Shown: positions 23,301 to 35,599 of the stretch, piece by piece
Numbering within the stretch: position 1 is the stretch's first letter
Layout of the letters: every line of letters starts with the position of its first letter
Source of the DNA: Pristiophorus japonicus
Taxonomy: Eukaryota
Direction of reading: 5' to 3'
Assembly (NCBI RefSeq): GCF_044704955.1
Contig: NC_091984.1
Coordinates: 148,242,001 to 148,306,000, forward strand
DNA length: 64,000 bases
Position numbers and translations under genes: made by a program
The notes under the pieces: model-generated
What the model was told of the DNA's origin: nothing
Seen by the model: only the letters and a program-made list of their open reading frames with translations
The model's database searches: none

Positions 23301-26300
23301 CATGGTTAATTCCATTACCTGCCATGAAGTCCTGGAATTCAGTGCTTGTGAAGCACGGGCCATTGTCGCTGACCAAGACGTCCGGTAGACCGTGGGCGGC
23401 GAGCATTGCCCATAGACTTTCTACCGTGGCAGAGGCTGTGCTTGAATTTAAAATGACACATTCGATCCATTTGGAGTAGGCGTCTACTACAACCAAAAAC
23501 CTTTTTCCCATGAAAGGACCTGCGTAGTCCACATGGATGCGTGACCAAGGCTTGGCGGGCCATTGCCAGGGGCTAAGGGGGGCTTCCCTGGGCACATTGC
23601 CCAGCTGGGCACACGTGTTGCATCTGCGAACACAAAGTTCCAGATCTGCGTCTATCCCTGGCCACCAAACGTGTGACCTGGCAATTGCCTTCATCATGAC
23701 AATGCCCGGGTGCTCATTGTGGAGTTCTCTGATGAACACCTCTCTGCCCATCTGGGGCATGACTATGCAGTTTCCCCACAGTAGGCAATCGGCCTGAATC
23801 GAGAGTTCATCCTTGCGCCTGTGAAATGGTTTAAATTCCTCAGGGCATGCCCTGTACGTGGCTGCCCAGTCCCCATTCAGGACACATTTCTTGACGAGTG
23901 ACAATAGCGGGTCTCTATTTGTCCAGACTTTAATCTGATGGGCTGTCACGGGTGAGCCTTCATTTCCGAAAGCTTTAACAGCCATGACCATCTCAGCAGC
24001 ATGCTCAGTAGCCCCCTCAGTGGTGGCTCGTGGGAGCCTGCTGAGTGCATCGGCGCAGTTTTCGGTGCCCGGTCTGTGCCGAATTGTATAGTCATAGGCG
24101 GCTAACGTGAGTGCCCACCTCTGTATGCGGGCCGATGCGTTTGCATTTATGGCCTTGTTGTCGGCCAAACGGGACGTTAGGGGTTTGTGATCTGTCTCCA
24201 GCTCAAATTTCCTGCCAAACAGGTACTGATGCATTTTCTTTACAGCATATAAACATGCGAGCGTCTCCTTTTCTACCATCCCATAACCCCTTTCTGCTGG
24301 GACAGAATCCTGGAGGCATAAACTACCGGCTGTAACTGACCCTTGACATTGACATGCTGCAACACACACCCGACACCTTAGGACGACGCATCGCACGTTA
24401 ACACAAGTTTCTTACATGGGTCGTATAGTGTTAACAGAGTGTTGGAACATAACAAATTGCGTGCTCTATTAAAAGCCCTTTCCTGGCTGTCCCCCCAGAC
24501 CCACTCGCGACCTTTGCATAGGACACGCGTAGCGGCTCTAGCAGCGTGCTCAATTTGGGAAGAAAGTTACCAAAATAGTTCAGGAGCCCCAGGAACGAAC
24601 GCAGCTCCATCGTGTTACGGGGTCTGGGTGCTCTCTGGATCAGTTCCATCTTGGACGCAGTAGGGCTGATCCCGTCTGCTGCTACCCTCATCCCCAGGAA
24701 TTCTACCTCTGGAGCTAGAAAGACGCACTTCACCTTTTTCAGTCGCAGCCCTACCCGGTCCAGTCTGCGTAGCACCTCTTCCAGGTTGTGGAGGTGTTCT
24801 TCAGTATCGTAACCCGTGATGAGGATGTCGTCCTGAAAAACCACCGTCCCTGGAATCGACTAGAGGAGGCTTTCCATATTTCGTTGGAAGATCGCGGCGG
24901 CCGAGCGAATCCCGAACGGACATCTGTTGTACTCAAACAACCCCTTGTGTGTCATGATGGTGGTCAGCTTCTTCGACTCACTCACCAGCTCCTGGGTCAT
25001 GTAAGCTGAGGTCAGGTCCAAGTTTGAAAAAAGTTTGCCACCGGATAGCGTCGCAAAGAGGTCCTCCGCTCTCGGTAGCGGGTACTGGTCTTGGAGTGAC
25101 ACCCGATTGATGGTGGCCTTGTAATCACCACATATCCTGACCGACCCATCCACCTTGACCACCGGCATGATCGGTCTCGCCCAGTCACTGAATTCGACTG
25201 GCAAGATGGTGCCTTCCCTCAGCAGGCGGTCCAATTCGCCTTCTATCTTTTCCCGCATCACATACGGCACCGCTCTGGCCTTGTGGTGTACTGGCGTCCG
25301 AGTTTATATGAATCACTACCTTGGCCCCCATGAAAGTGCTGATGCCGGGTTGAAATAATGAGTCAAATTTTTCCAGGATCTGTGAGCATGATACTCGCTC
25401 CACAGAGGAAATTGCATTGACATCGCCCCATTTCCAGTTCATGACAGCAAACCAACTCCTCCCCAGTAGTGCGGGACCATCCCCTGGGACAATCCAGAGT
25501 GGCAACCTGTTCTCCGAATCTTTGTGGGTCACGACTACCATGGCGCTGCCGAGCACCGGAATGATCTGCTTTGTTTAAGTTCGCAGCTGTGCGTCAATCG
25601 CCGATAATTCTGGCCTCCTGGCCTTGGACGCCCACAACTTTTCGAACTGTTTGATACCCATCAGGGACTGGCTGGCCCCCGTGTCTAGCTCCATTGATAC
25701 TGGGATGCCATTGAGGAGCACTTTCATCATTATCGGTGGCGTCCTGGTGTATGAACTGTATACGTGCTCCACATGAACTCGCTGAACTTCAGCTTCCAGC
25801 GATTTCTCCCAGCATTCACTTCTGCAACTTCTGCAGGTATTTTGCTCATCTCTGCAAACTCCGGCTGAGTGTGTGTCTCCACACATCCAACATGAGCTGT
25901 TGTTTGAAACAAAAGGTCCCTTGTCAGTCGATCGTCCCTGACTGCCCCTGTGACTGTCCTTGAATGCGCCATTAACAGGTGTTGATGGCCCCATTACTGG
26001 CCGCATTGTCCCTTGCAATGGCGTGAATCGCCGTTCAGCTTGCCTCTGTCGAACTCCCCCTCTGGGTTTGACTACATGTTGGGGCATGCCCGATTGCCCT
26101 TGTCTGCCTGGAGAACTGTGTGCTGCTTTAACAATGTTGAATCTCTGTCCCAACCATTCCTTAACACAGTACCTCTCGTCTGTTCTGCTAGTGGCCATGC
26201 TCGCGTGGTTTAAATCCCAGTTTCTCGTCGCCATTGATACGTCCGTACTATACAGTATAAATGCACACGAGGCCCATGCTTGAGAGAAGGTCAGTCTGTG

Positions 26301-28002
26301 ACCTGTCCTTTATTCCTTAGCACTCAACTGATGAATGTGGGTGGAGCTTCCCCTTTTATACCTGAAGGTCCAGGTTAGGAGTGTCTCCCACCTAGTGGCC
26401 ATTGTTCTCACAGTGTACAACTTAGGTCAGATTATACATGGGTTACAATGCTGGTTGAATACATGACAGTGGTGATATTCCAGAGGAACATGGAAAACTT
26501 GTTGAAGTCGGTCCGGCGCACCATGGTCTTCCAGGACGATAGCTTGGTTACAGGTCAGGACACCTTCAAGCACCTGCAGAACCTGGAGGAGTTTCTTAGT
26601 CGGCTTAACCGTGTGGGGCTCAGGCTAAAATGCTCGAAGTGCATTTTCCTGGCGCCTGAAGTGGAGTTCCTGGAGAGAAGAATCGCAGCGAACGGCATCA
26701 GGCCCACTGATTCGAAGACGGAGGCAATCAAGAATGCACCGAGACCACAGAAAGTGACGGAGCTGTGGTCGTTTCTCGGACTCCTGAACTATTTTGGTAA
26801 CTTCTTACCAGTTCTTAGCACATTGTTAGAACCCCTGCACTCTTTACTGAGTAAAGGAGATGAATGTGTATGGGGTAAAAGCCAAGAAAATGCCTTTGTA
26901 AATGCTAGAAAATTGTTAGACTCAAACAAATTGCTTGTGTTGTATGATCCATGTAAGTGTTTGATACTAGCATGTGATGCATCGTCGTATGCCGTGCTTT
27001 ACCAGTGCCGAGTTCAAGGAGTTCATGACCCGCAATGGGTTCAAACATGTCACACCTGCCCCATTCAAACCAGCATCCAACGGTCAGGCAGAACGAACAG
27101 TTCAAACAATCAAGCAGAGCTTGAAAATGGTAACTGAAGGCTCACTGTAGACGCACCTATCCCGAGTCCTGCTTAGTTACCGCAGAAGACCCCACTTGCT
27201 CACTGAGGTCCCTTCCGCTGAACTGCTCATAAAAAGGGCACTTAAGGCAAGACTCTCATTTGTCCACCCTGATCTACATGAATAGGTAGAGAGCAGGCGG
27301 CTTCAACAGAATACATATCATCCTCACGCAAATGTGTCACGCGAAATTGAGATAAATGATCCTGTATTTGTGTTGAACTATGGACAAGGTCCCAAGTGGC
27401 TTCCTGGTACTATTTTGGCCAAAGAGGGGAGTAGAGTGTTTGTAGTCAAACTCTCAAATGGACTCACCTGCAGGAAACACTTAGACCAAACCAAACTCAG
27501 ATTTACGGACTATCCAGAACAACCCACAATAGACTCTACTTTTTTCGACCCTCCAACACACACACAAGTGGCAACCGATCCAGCGGTTGACCACGAAGCA
27601 GCACCCATCACCCGCAGCAGCCCAGCAGGACTCCCCACCCCCAGCAGCCCAGCAAGGCCAACTGTGCAGCAGCCCAGCGAGGGTCCAAAAATGACTCACT
27701 AAAACCAACATTTGCACCGAGATGATCTACCAGGGAAAGGAAGGCCTCAGATCGACTCACATTGTAAATAGTTACACTATTGACTTTTGCGGGGAACGGC
27801 GGGTGGGGAGTGTTGTTGTGTATGTAACCCTGTAATTACCATGTATAACCACCAGAGGGCTCATCCCCTGGAGTCCCAAGGGTTCCCACGATAGGAGTCC
27901 TCACAGGCTGGAGAGGCACTCTGAGATCTGTAATAAAGGACTACGGTCACACTTACTTTGAGCTTGCAGTATCTACTCTGATTCTTTATTCAAGACATAA
28001 CA
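20370..28002 (+). mobile_element. Gypsy LTR retrotransposon A (decayed, internally deleted)
   Basis: LTRs 20370-20581 and 27814-28002, TSD GCCTG, PBS tggtgacgag, gag with two CCHC-like knuckles, PR (LDMGA), RT and IN pieces, purine tract before the 3' LTR. Confidence 0.92.
22367..26468 (-). mobile_element. Gypsy LTR retrotransposon B nested in A
   Basis: LTRs 22367-22592 and 26235-26468, TSD GTGGT, PBS TGGCGACGAG (26224-26233), PR LDTGA, RT FQDD, RNase H-integrase ORF 22621-24396; gag internally deleted. Confidence 0.94.
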
Positions 28003-28489
28003 GCCTGGACTGGAGAATTTTAACGATGAGGAAAGATTGGATAGACTGGGTTTGTTTTCTTTGGAACAGAGATGGCTGAGGGGAAACCTTATTGAGGTGT
28101 ATAAAATTATGAGGGGTCTAGATAGAGTTGGTAGGATGGATTTATTTCTATCAGCCAGAGAGATCAACACCAGGAGGTATAGATTTAAAGTAATTGGGGG
28201 GAGGTTTAGAGGGGACTTGAGAGGAAATTTCTTCACCCAGAGGGTTGTGGGGGTGTGGCCAAGGCCCCAGGGGCAGCACGGGCCAGCCCACACTGCGATA
28301 TGTGTGCACACGCGGTCTGTGCAGTAGAGCAGGTCTCCAGTCGTCTTGGGTAATTCTTGCCACTGGACCAAGACCAAGCTCTATCAGGCCCGTGTGGTGA
28401 CCATACGTTAAACAAATCCATGCACAGGCATCTTCCACCCTTCAGGATGTAGTTCGGGATCTGGAATATCAGGTCCTTTATTAGTAGAG

Positions 28490-29885
28490 GCAGAAACCCT
28501 CACCATACTTAAAAAGTACTTTGATGTGCACTTGAAGTTCCGTAACCTGCAGAGTTATGGACCCAGAGCTGGAAAGTGGGATTAGGCTGGATAGCTCTTT
28601 GTTGGGCGGCGCAGACATGATGGCCTGAAATGGCCTCCTTCTGTGCTGTAAACCTCTGTGATTCTATAATTCTATGACATATCTGCCAGACTGGGCCCAG
28701 AGCAGGTGGGGAGAGAACCAACACGAGGGAAAAACCTACTTAACCTCGTCCTCATCAATCTACCTGTTGTGGATAGAATCATCGAAATTTACAGCCATTT
28801 CAGCCCATCGTGTCCACGCCGACCAAGAGCTAGCCAGTCTCATCCCACTTTCCAGCTCTTCATCCCTAGCCCTGTAACCTTTGCATCCTCTGCACCCTTT
28901 CCAGTGCAATCACATCTTTCCTGTAATGTGGTGACCAGAACTGCATGCAGTACTCTAGCTGTGGCCTAACCAGTGTTTCATACAGTTAGAGCATAACATC
29001 CTTGCTCTTGTATTCCATGCCTCGACTAATAAAGGTAAGTATCCCATATGCCTTCTTAACCATCTTATCTACCTGGCCTGCTACCATTAGGGATCTGTGG
29101 ACCTGCACTCCAAGGTCCCTTTGTTTCTCTGCACTTTACAGTGTCGTACCATTTAATGTGTATTCCCTTGCCTTGTTAGCCCTCCCCAAATGTATTACCT
29201 CACACTTATCTGGATTAGATTCCATTTGTCACTGTTCTGCCCACCTGACCAGTACATTGATAACTTCCTGCAGTCCGCAACTTTCTTCTTCATTATCAAC
29301 CACATAGCCAATTTTAGTTTCATCTGCAAACTTCTTAATCATACCCCCAACATTCAAGTCCAGTTCATTGATATATACCACAATAAACAAGGGACCCAGC
29401 ACTGAGCCCTGCGGAACCCCACTGGATACAGCCTTCCATTCACAAAAACACCCATCAACTATTACCCTTTGTTTCCTTCCTCTGAGCCAATTTTGGATCC
29501 AACTTGCCACTTTGCCCTGGATCCCAGGGGTTTTACTTTCATGATCAGTCTGCGATGTGGGACCTTATCAAAAGCTTTGCTAAAATACATATACACAACA
29601 TTATACGCACTGCCCTCATCGATCCTCCTGGTTACCTCCTCAAAAAATTCAATCAAGTTAGTCAAACACGACTTTCCCTTAACAAATCCTTGCTGACTGT
29701 CCTTGATTAATCCATGTCTTTCCAAATGAAGATTTATCCCTCAGGATTTTTTCCAATAATTTTCCCACCACTGAGGTTAGGCTGACTGACCTGTAATTAC
29801 TCGGTCTATCCCTTTCTCCCTTTTTAAACAAAGGTACAACATTAGCAGTCCTCCAGTCCTCCGGCACCACACCTGTAGCCAGAGA
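28490..29885 (-). mobile_element. Mosaic of decayed CR1 fragments (mostly minus strand)
   Basis: ORFs 29229-29510 and 29462-29725 carry CR1 RT motifs. Confidence 0.75.
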
Positions 29886-29959
29886 GGCTCTGCACGCTTT
29901 TGGGTTCGGGACGCATTTCGCCGCCCGGATCTGACTTTTGTAAGTTGCCGCGGATTGTC

Positions 29960-31590
29960 TGATTAAGGTCTTTGACAGCACCCCTTCGCTTTGGGAGAGA
30001 GGTGCGCCAGGGATGCCCCATCTCCGGCCAGTTATATGCCATATGGCTGGAGCCTGTCCTGCGCCACTTGTGGAAGAGGTTAATGGGATTGGCTCTGCAA
30101 GGATCGGGCGTGGTGGCCGTCCTCTCGGCTTATTGACCCCATTGACCTGTGGAGGATGCGTGAGTGCCACGAGATTTATTCGGCCACATCCTCCGCCAGG
30201 ATCAACTGGGAGAAATGTTCTGGACTCCTGGTGGGTCAGTGGTGGGTGGACTCCCTGCCGAAGGAGCTCAGGCCTTTTGCCTGGAGAACAACCCATCTCC
30301 TCTATCTGGGAGTCTACCGTAGCCCTGATGAGGAAGCCTGGCCGGTGAACTGGCAAGAACTGGAGGCCCAAGTCACAGCTCGCCTAGTGCATTGGACAGG
30401 AATGCTCTGAGTGCTGTCCTACAGTAGTCGAGCGCTAGTCATAAACCAGCTGGTGGCCGCTATGCTGTGGTACCGGTTGGTCACTTTGGCAAGATACAGA
30501 AGAAGCTGCTGAACTTCTTCTGGAACAACAGGAAGCACTGGCTCTCTGCTGTGGTTCTGAATCTCCTGCTTAGCGAGGGCGGTCAGGCGTCGGTGTGCGT
30601 TAGTACTCAGCATGCGACTTTCCGTCTTCAGATCGTGCAGAGATACCTGTACGTTGAGCCCCCTCCTAGGTGGTGTGCGCTGGCGACGTATTTCTTCCGC
30701 CAGCAGTATGACACGCAGTTCCTGTTTGTGAGCCTGGGAGGCGTCAGGACCACCATGCGGGGGCTGCCCCATCTTTTACCAGGTACTCATCAGGGTCTGG
30801 AACAGAGTCGCCACCAAGCATAGTTCTTCCCCATCTGGAGTGGCGGCTGTCCTTCGGGAGCCGCGGTTCAGGAATCCATACATCAATGACCGCGGTTTTA
30901 GGTGGCAGGCAGACGAGAGGGATGTAGCTGGCGAGGTGACCAGGGTCAGGGACCGGCTTTATGGTGGAGGAGCGGGCTGGATGGCGCCAGAGGAGCTGGC
31001 ACGGCGCCTATCCTGGGCCGACATCCAGCGCGTGGCCAATGCCATCGCATCGGTAAAAACAGCATTGGGCTCTGACTCCGTTAGGTGTGTCGAGGAAACT
31101 CAAGCAGGTGGGGCGATCCCGTCCGAACTGACCCCCAATACCTCGCTTGGGAGCTGGCGCCTCACAACTTGAGCCTCCTCCAGGAAATCTCCTCCATGCC
31201 TTTGAGTTCTGCGTGGAGGGGCTTCCTGTACGGGCTGCTCCTGCACACTATCCACCTTGCCATCCTCGTCTGCCATCTGGACATGCAATGGTGCACCATC
31301 TTGCTGTCTGGAGGAGGCGGGGGTCCCCAGTGGAGTGCACTCTACGTGGGAGTCATCCCTCTATATATTGGGGACTTGGCCTGGAGGGTGGTGCACGGAG
31401 CAGTCCCGTGCAATAAATTTTTAAGTCAGTTCACAGTCTCCTAGGCCTCCTGTAATTTCTGCGGTCTAGATGAGTCCGTATTCCATGGTTGTATAGAGTG
31501 TGCGAGGTTGCAGGCCCTATTCCATTATTGAAGGGGCTGCTCCTCAAATTCTGGTTGCACTTCAGTCCCACACTCCTGATCTTTGGGCAC
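29960..31590 (+). mobile_element. Decayed Tx1/L1-clade LINE ORF2 fragment
   Basis: GVRQGCP-like motif, SSARINWEK, YLGV, KKLLNFFW..HWL..EGGQ, DLAWRVVHGAVPCN, CxFC; probable 3' end resumes at ~35530. Confidence 0.7.
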
Positions 31591-34500
31591 CCTGCTCCCC
31601 TCTTTGGCCATAATAGTGCCGGGAAGCCACTTGGGACCTTGTCCACAATTCAACACAAATACAGGATTGTTGATTTCAATTTTGCGTGACACATTTGCGC
31701 TATCATGGTATGCACTTTGTTGAAGCTGCCTGCTCTCTACCTGTTCATGGAGATCAGGGTGAACTAACGAGAGCCTTGTCTTAAGTGCCTTTTTCATGAG
31801 CAGTTCAGCAGTGAGCAAGTGGGGTCTCGTGCGGTAGCGAGTCTGCAGTGAGCCTTCAGTTACCCTCTTCAATCCCTGCTTCATAGTTTGCACTGCTCTC
31901 TCTGCCTGACCATTGGATGCTGGTTTGAATGGGGCAGATGTAACATATTTGATCCCATTACAGGTCATGAACACTTTGAACTCAGCACTGGTGAAATATG
32001 GCCCATTGTCGCTCACAAGGACATCAGGCAGTCTGTGCATGGCAAATATGGCCCGCAGGCTTTCTGTGGTGGCAGCAGACATGCTTGCCGACATTATTTC
32101 ACAATCAATCCATTTGGAGTACGCATCTACAACCACAAGGAACATTTTACCCAAAAACGGGCCTGCATAGTCGACATGGACGATGGACAGCGGTTTGGAG
32201 GGCCAAGATCATAAACTTAGTGGCGCCTCCCTGGGTGCATTGCTTAACTGCGAGCATGTGTTACATTTGTGCATGTGGGACTCTAAGTCCGCATCGATAC
32301 TGGGCCACCACACATGGGATCTGGCTATCGCTTTCATCATTATGATGCCTGGGTGACTACCGTGGAGGTCACGGATAAAAGTGTCCCTGCCCTTCTTTGG
32401 GACCACTACCCGATTACCCCAGAGAAGGCAGTCTGCCTGTATAGACATTTCATCTTTGTGCCGCTGGTATGGCTTTATCTCTTCCTGCATTTCCACTGGG
32501 ACACTGGACCAGCTCCCGTGAAGCACACATTTTTTACGAGGGACAGTAAGGGGTCCTGGCTCATCCAGGTTCTAATCTGTCGGGCTGTGACGGATGATTG
32601 TTCACTCCCGAATGCTTCCATAACCATGACTAAATCTGCATGCTATGCCATTTCCACCCTCATGGTGGACAATGGCAGCCTACTGAGAGCATCGGCACAG
32701 TTTTCTGTGCCTGGCCTGTGGCGGATGGCGTAGTTGTATGCGGACAACGTGAGCGCCCATCTCTGGATGCGGGCCCATGCATTCGTATTTATCCCCTTAC
32801 TTTCGGAAAAATGGGATATCAGTGGCTTACGGTCAGTTTCCAATTCAAATTTGAGCCCAAACAGATATTGATACATTTTCTTTACCGCATAAACACACGC
32901 TAATGCTTCTTTTTCAATCATGCTCGAGGCTCTCAGTCTTACACAGACTTCTGGATGCATAAGCAACCAGTTGCAATTTCCCAGATGCATTAGCTTGTTG
33001 CAATACACACCCGATGCCGTACAACGACGCATCACATGCTAGTACCAAACGCTTACATGGATCATACAACACAAGCAATTTGTTTGAGCATAACCATTTT
33101 CTAGCTTTTACAAAGGCATTTTCTTGGCTTTTTCCCCATATCCAGTCATCTCCTTTACACAGTAAAGCATGCGGTGGTTCTAAAAGTGTGCTGAGACCCG
33201 GTAAGAAGTTACCAAAGTAGTTCAGGAGTCCTAGGAATGACCGCAGCTCCGTCACGTTCTGTGGTCTCGGTGCGTTCTCGATTGCCTCCATCTTTGAATC
33301 GGTGGCCCTGATGCCAGCCGCCGCGATTCTTCTCCCCAGTAACTCCACTTCAGGCACCAGGAAAACGCACTTCGAGCATTTTAACCTGAGCCCCAAGTGA
33401 TTGCATCGACTAAGAACCTCCTCCAGGTTCTGCAGATGCTCGACTGTGTCCCAACCTGTAACTAAGATGTCGTCCTAGAAGACCACTGTGCGTGGGACCA
33501 ACTTCAGTAAGCTTTCCATGTTTCTCTGGAATATCACCGTGGCTGATCGAATTCCAAACAGGCATCTGTTATAAATGAAGAGACCTTTGTGCGTGTTGAT
33601 GCAGGTGAGGCCCTTCGATGATTCCTCCAGCTCCTGCGTCATGTAGGCTGAAATCAAATCTAGGTTCGAGAACGTCTTTCCTCCCGCCATGTAGCAAAAA
33701 GGTCATCAGCCTTTGGTAGTGGATATTGTTCCTGCAGGGAGAAACGATTGATAGCTACTTTGTAATCACCACAGATTCTGAGGGTGCCGTCTCCCTTGAG
33801 GACTGGAAAAATCGGACAGGCCCACTCGTTGAATTCGATTGCCGAAATGATGCACTCTCGTCGCAGCCAGTCTAGCTCGATCTCTACCCTTTCTCTCAGC
33901 AGAGACGGTACCGCTCTCGCCTTGTGATGAATGGGTCGCGCCCCCGGAATTAGGTGGATCTGCACTTTTGCTCCTTGGAACTTCCCGATGCCTGGTTCGA
34001 ACAGCGAAGGGAAATTGTTTAAGACCTGGGCACGTGAAGTGTCATCAGCGGACGAGAGCGCTCGGACGTTGTCCCAGTTCCAGTGTATCTTTCCCTGCCA
34101 GCTCCTGCTGAGCAGCTTGGGACCATCGCCCTGTACCACCCAAAGTGTAGCTTGTGCACCGCTCAATCGTAGGAGACCTTTACAATAGCACTGCCGATTA
34201 CGGGAATCAGTTCTTTTGTGTAAGTTCTCAGTTTAGTACGAATGGGAGTCAGGACTTGAAGCCTTGTTGCACCACAATTTATCAAAAGTCTTCTTACTCA
34301 TTATGGACTGGCTTGTGCCAGTGTCCAGCTCCATTGACACTCGGAGTCCATTTAATTCAACCTTCAGCATTATCAGGGGACACTTTGTTGTAAATGTGTG
34401 CACCCCATATACCTCTGCCTCCTCGGCCTGAGGCTCTGGTTCATCGTGATCTGCCGTGGATCTGTCCTCCTCTGCAGCATGGTGGCTTGCAGGACTAGCA

Positions 34501-35525
34501 GAGTTTGCAGCTCGCCTGCACATACATTGGAAGTGTCCCACAGCCCTTGCAAACGTACCCTTTGAAGCAGCATGAATGGAAATGATGATCACCCCCACAG
34601 CGCCAACAAAGATGTTACTGGCCCTGCATTCATCAATCTTGATAGTGGACTCTGAGACATCTACGGATGTGCAACTTCAGGCATGTGGGGCCTGCCCTGT
34701 ATGTTGCGATTTGAAAACAACATCACTTTGTTCACAGTACCCATGTGCTGAGAGATTTGCAGGGTATTGTCATTGGTGGCCATGAACGCCTGGGCTATCG
34801 CTACGGCTTTACTCAAGGTTGGGGTCACTACAGTCAAAAGTTTGCGAAGTATCACTTCATGGCCAATGCCAAGTACGAAAAAGTCTCTGAGCATGTGCTC
34901 CAAATGTCCTTCAAATTCGCAATGTCCTGCAAGGCATCTTAGCTCGGCAACATAACTCGCCATTTCCTGGCCTTCAGACCTTTTGTATGTGTAGAACCGG
35001 TACTTCGCCATCAGAACGCTTTCCTTCCCGTTCAGATGCTCCCGGACCAGTGTGCACAAATCATCACATGATTTCTCTGTGGGTTTCGCTGGAGGAAGCA
35101 GATTTTTCATGAGGTCATACGTTGGTGCCCCGCAGATAGTGAGGAGAATCACCCTTCGTTTGGCAGCATTTGCTTCTCCTTCCAGCTCGTTGGCCAGGAT
35201 GTATTGGTCGAGTCACTCCACAAAGGTTTCTCAATCATTTCCCTTCGAGAATTTCTCCAGGATGCCCACTGTTCTCTGCATTGTTGGGTTCATCATCTGT
35301 ATCTCGTCGCCAGTTGTTATGTATCAATAATGAGTCTGACTGGATCCTGTGAGCTCAAAGTAAAGTGTGACCTTAGTCTTTTATTGCAGGTCTCCATAGT
35401 GCCTCTCCGGCCTGTGAGGCCACCTTAAGTATCTGTGCTCCAAGGAATTGTGGAATCCCTTGGGACTCCAGGGGATGAGCTCTCTGGCGGCTATAAAAAG
35501 TATATAAAAGTTTATATATAATAAA
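31591..35525 (-). mobile_element. Gypsy LTR retrotransposon C (same family as A, 3'-truncated)
   Basis: 5' LTR ~35315-35525, PBS TGGCGACGAG (35303-35312), frameshifted gag-PR-RT-RH-IN; ends abruptly within the IN C-terminus. Confidence 0.9.
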
Positions 35526-35599
35526 AAAACCAAGGGGGCACTTGAAAATTTTTTGAAGTGTGCCCCCCTCTTCCTTAATCAGGGGGCATTTGTTTAATG

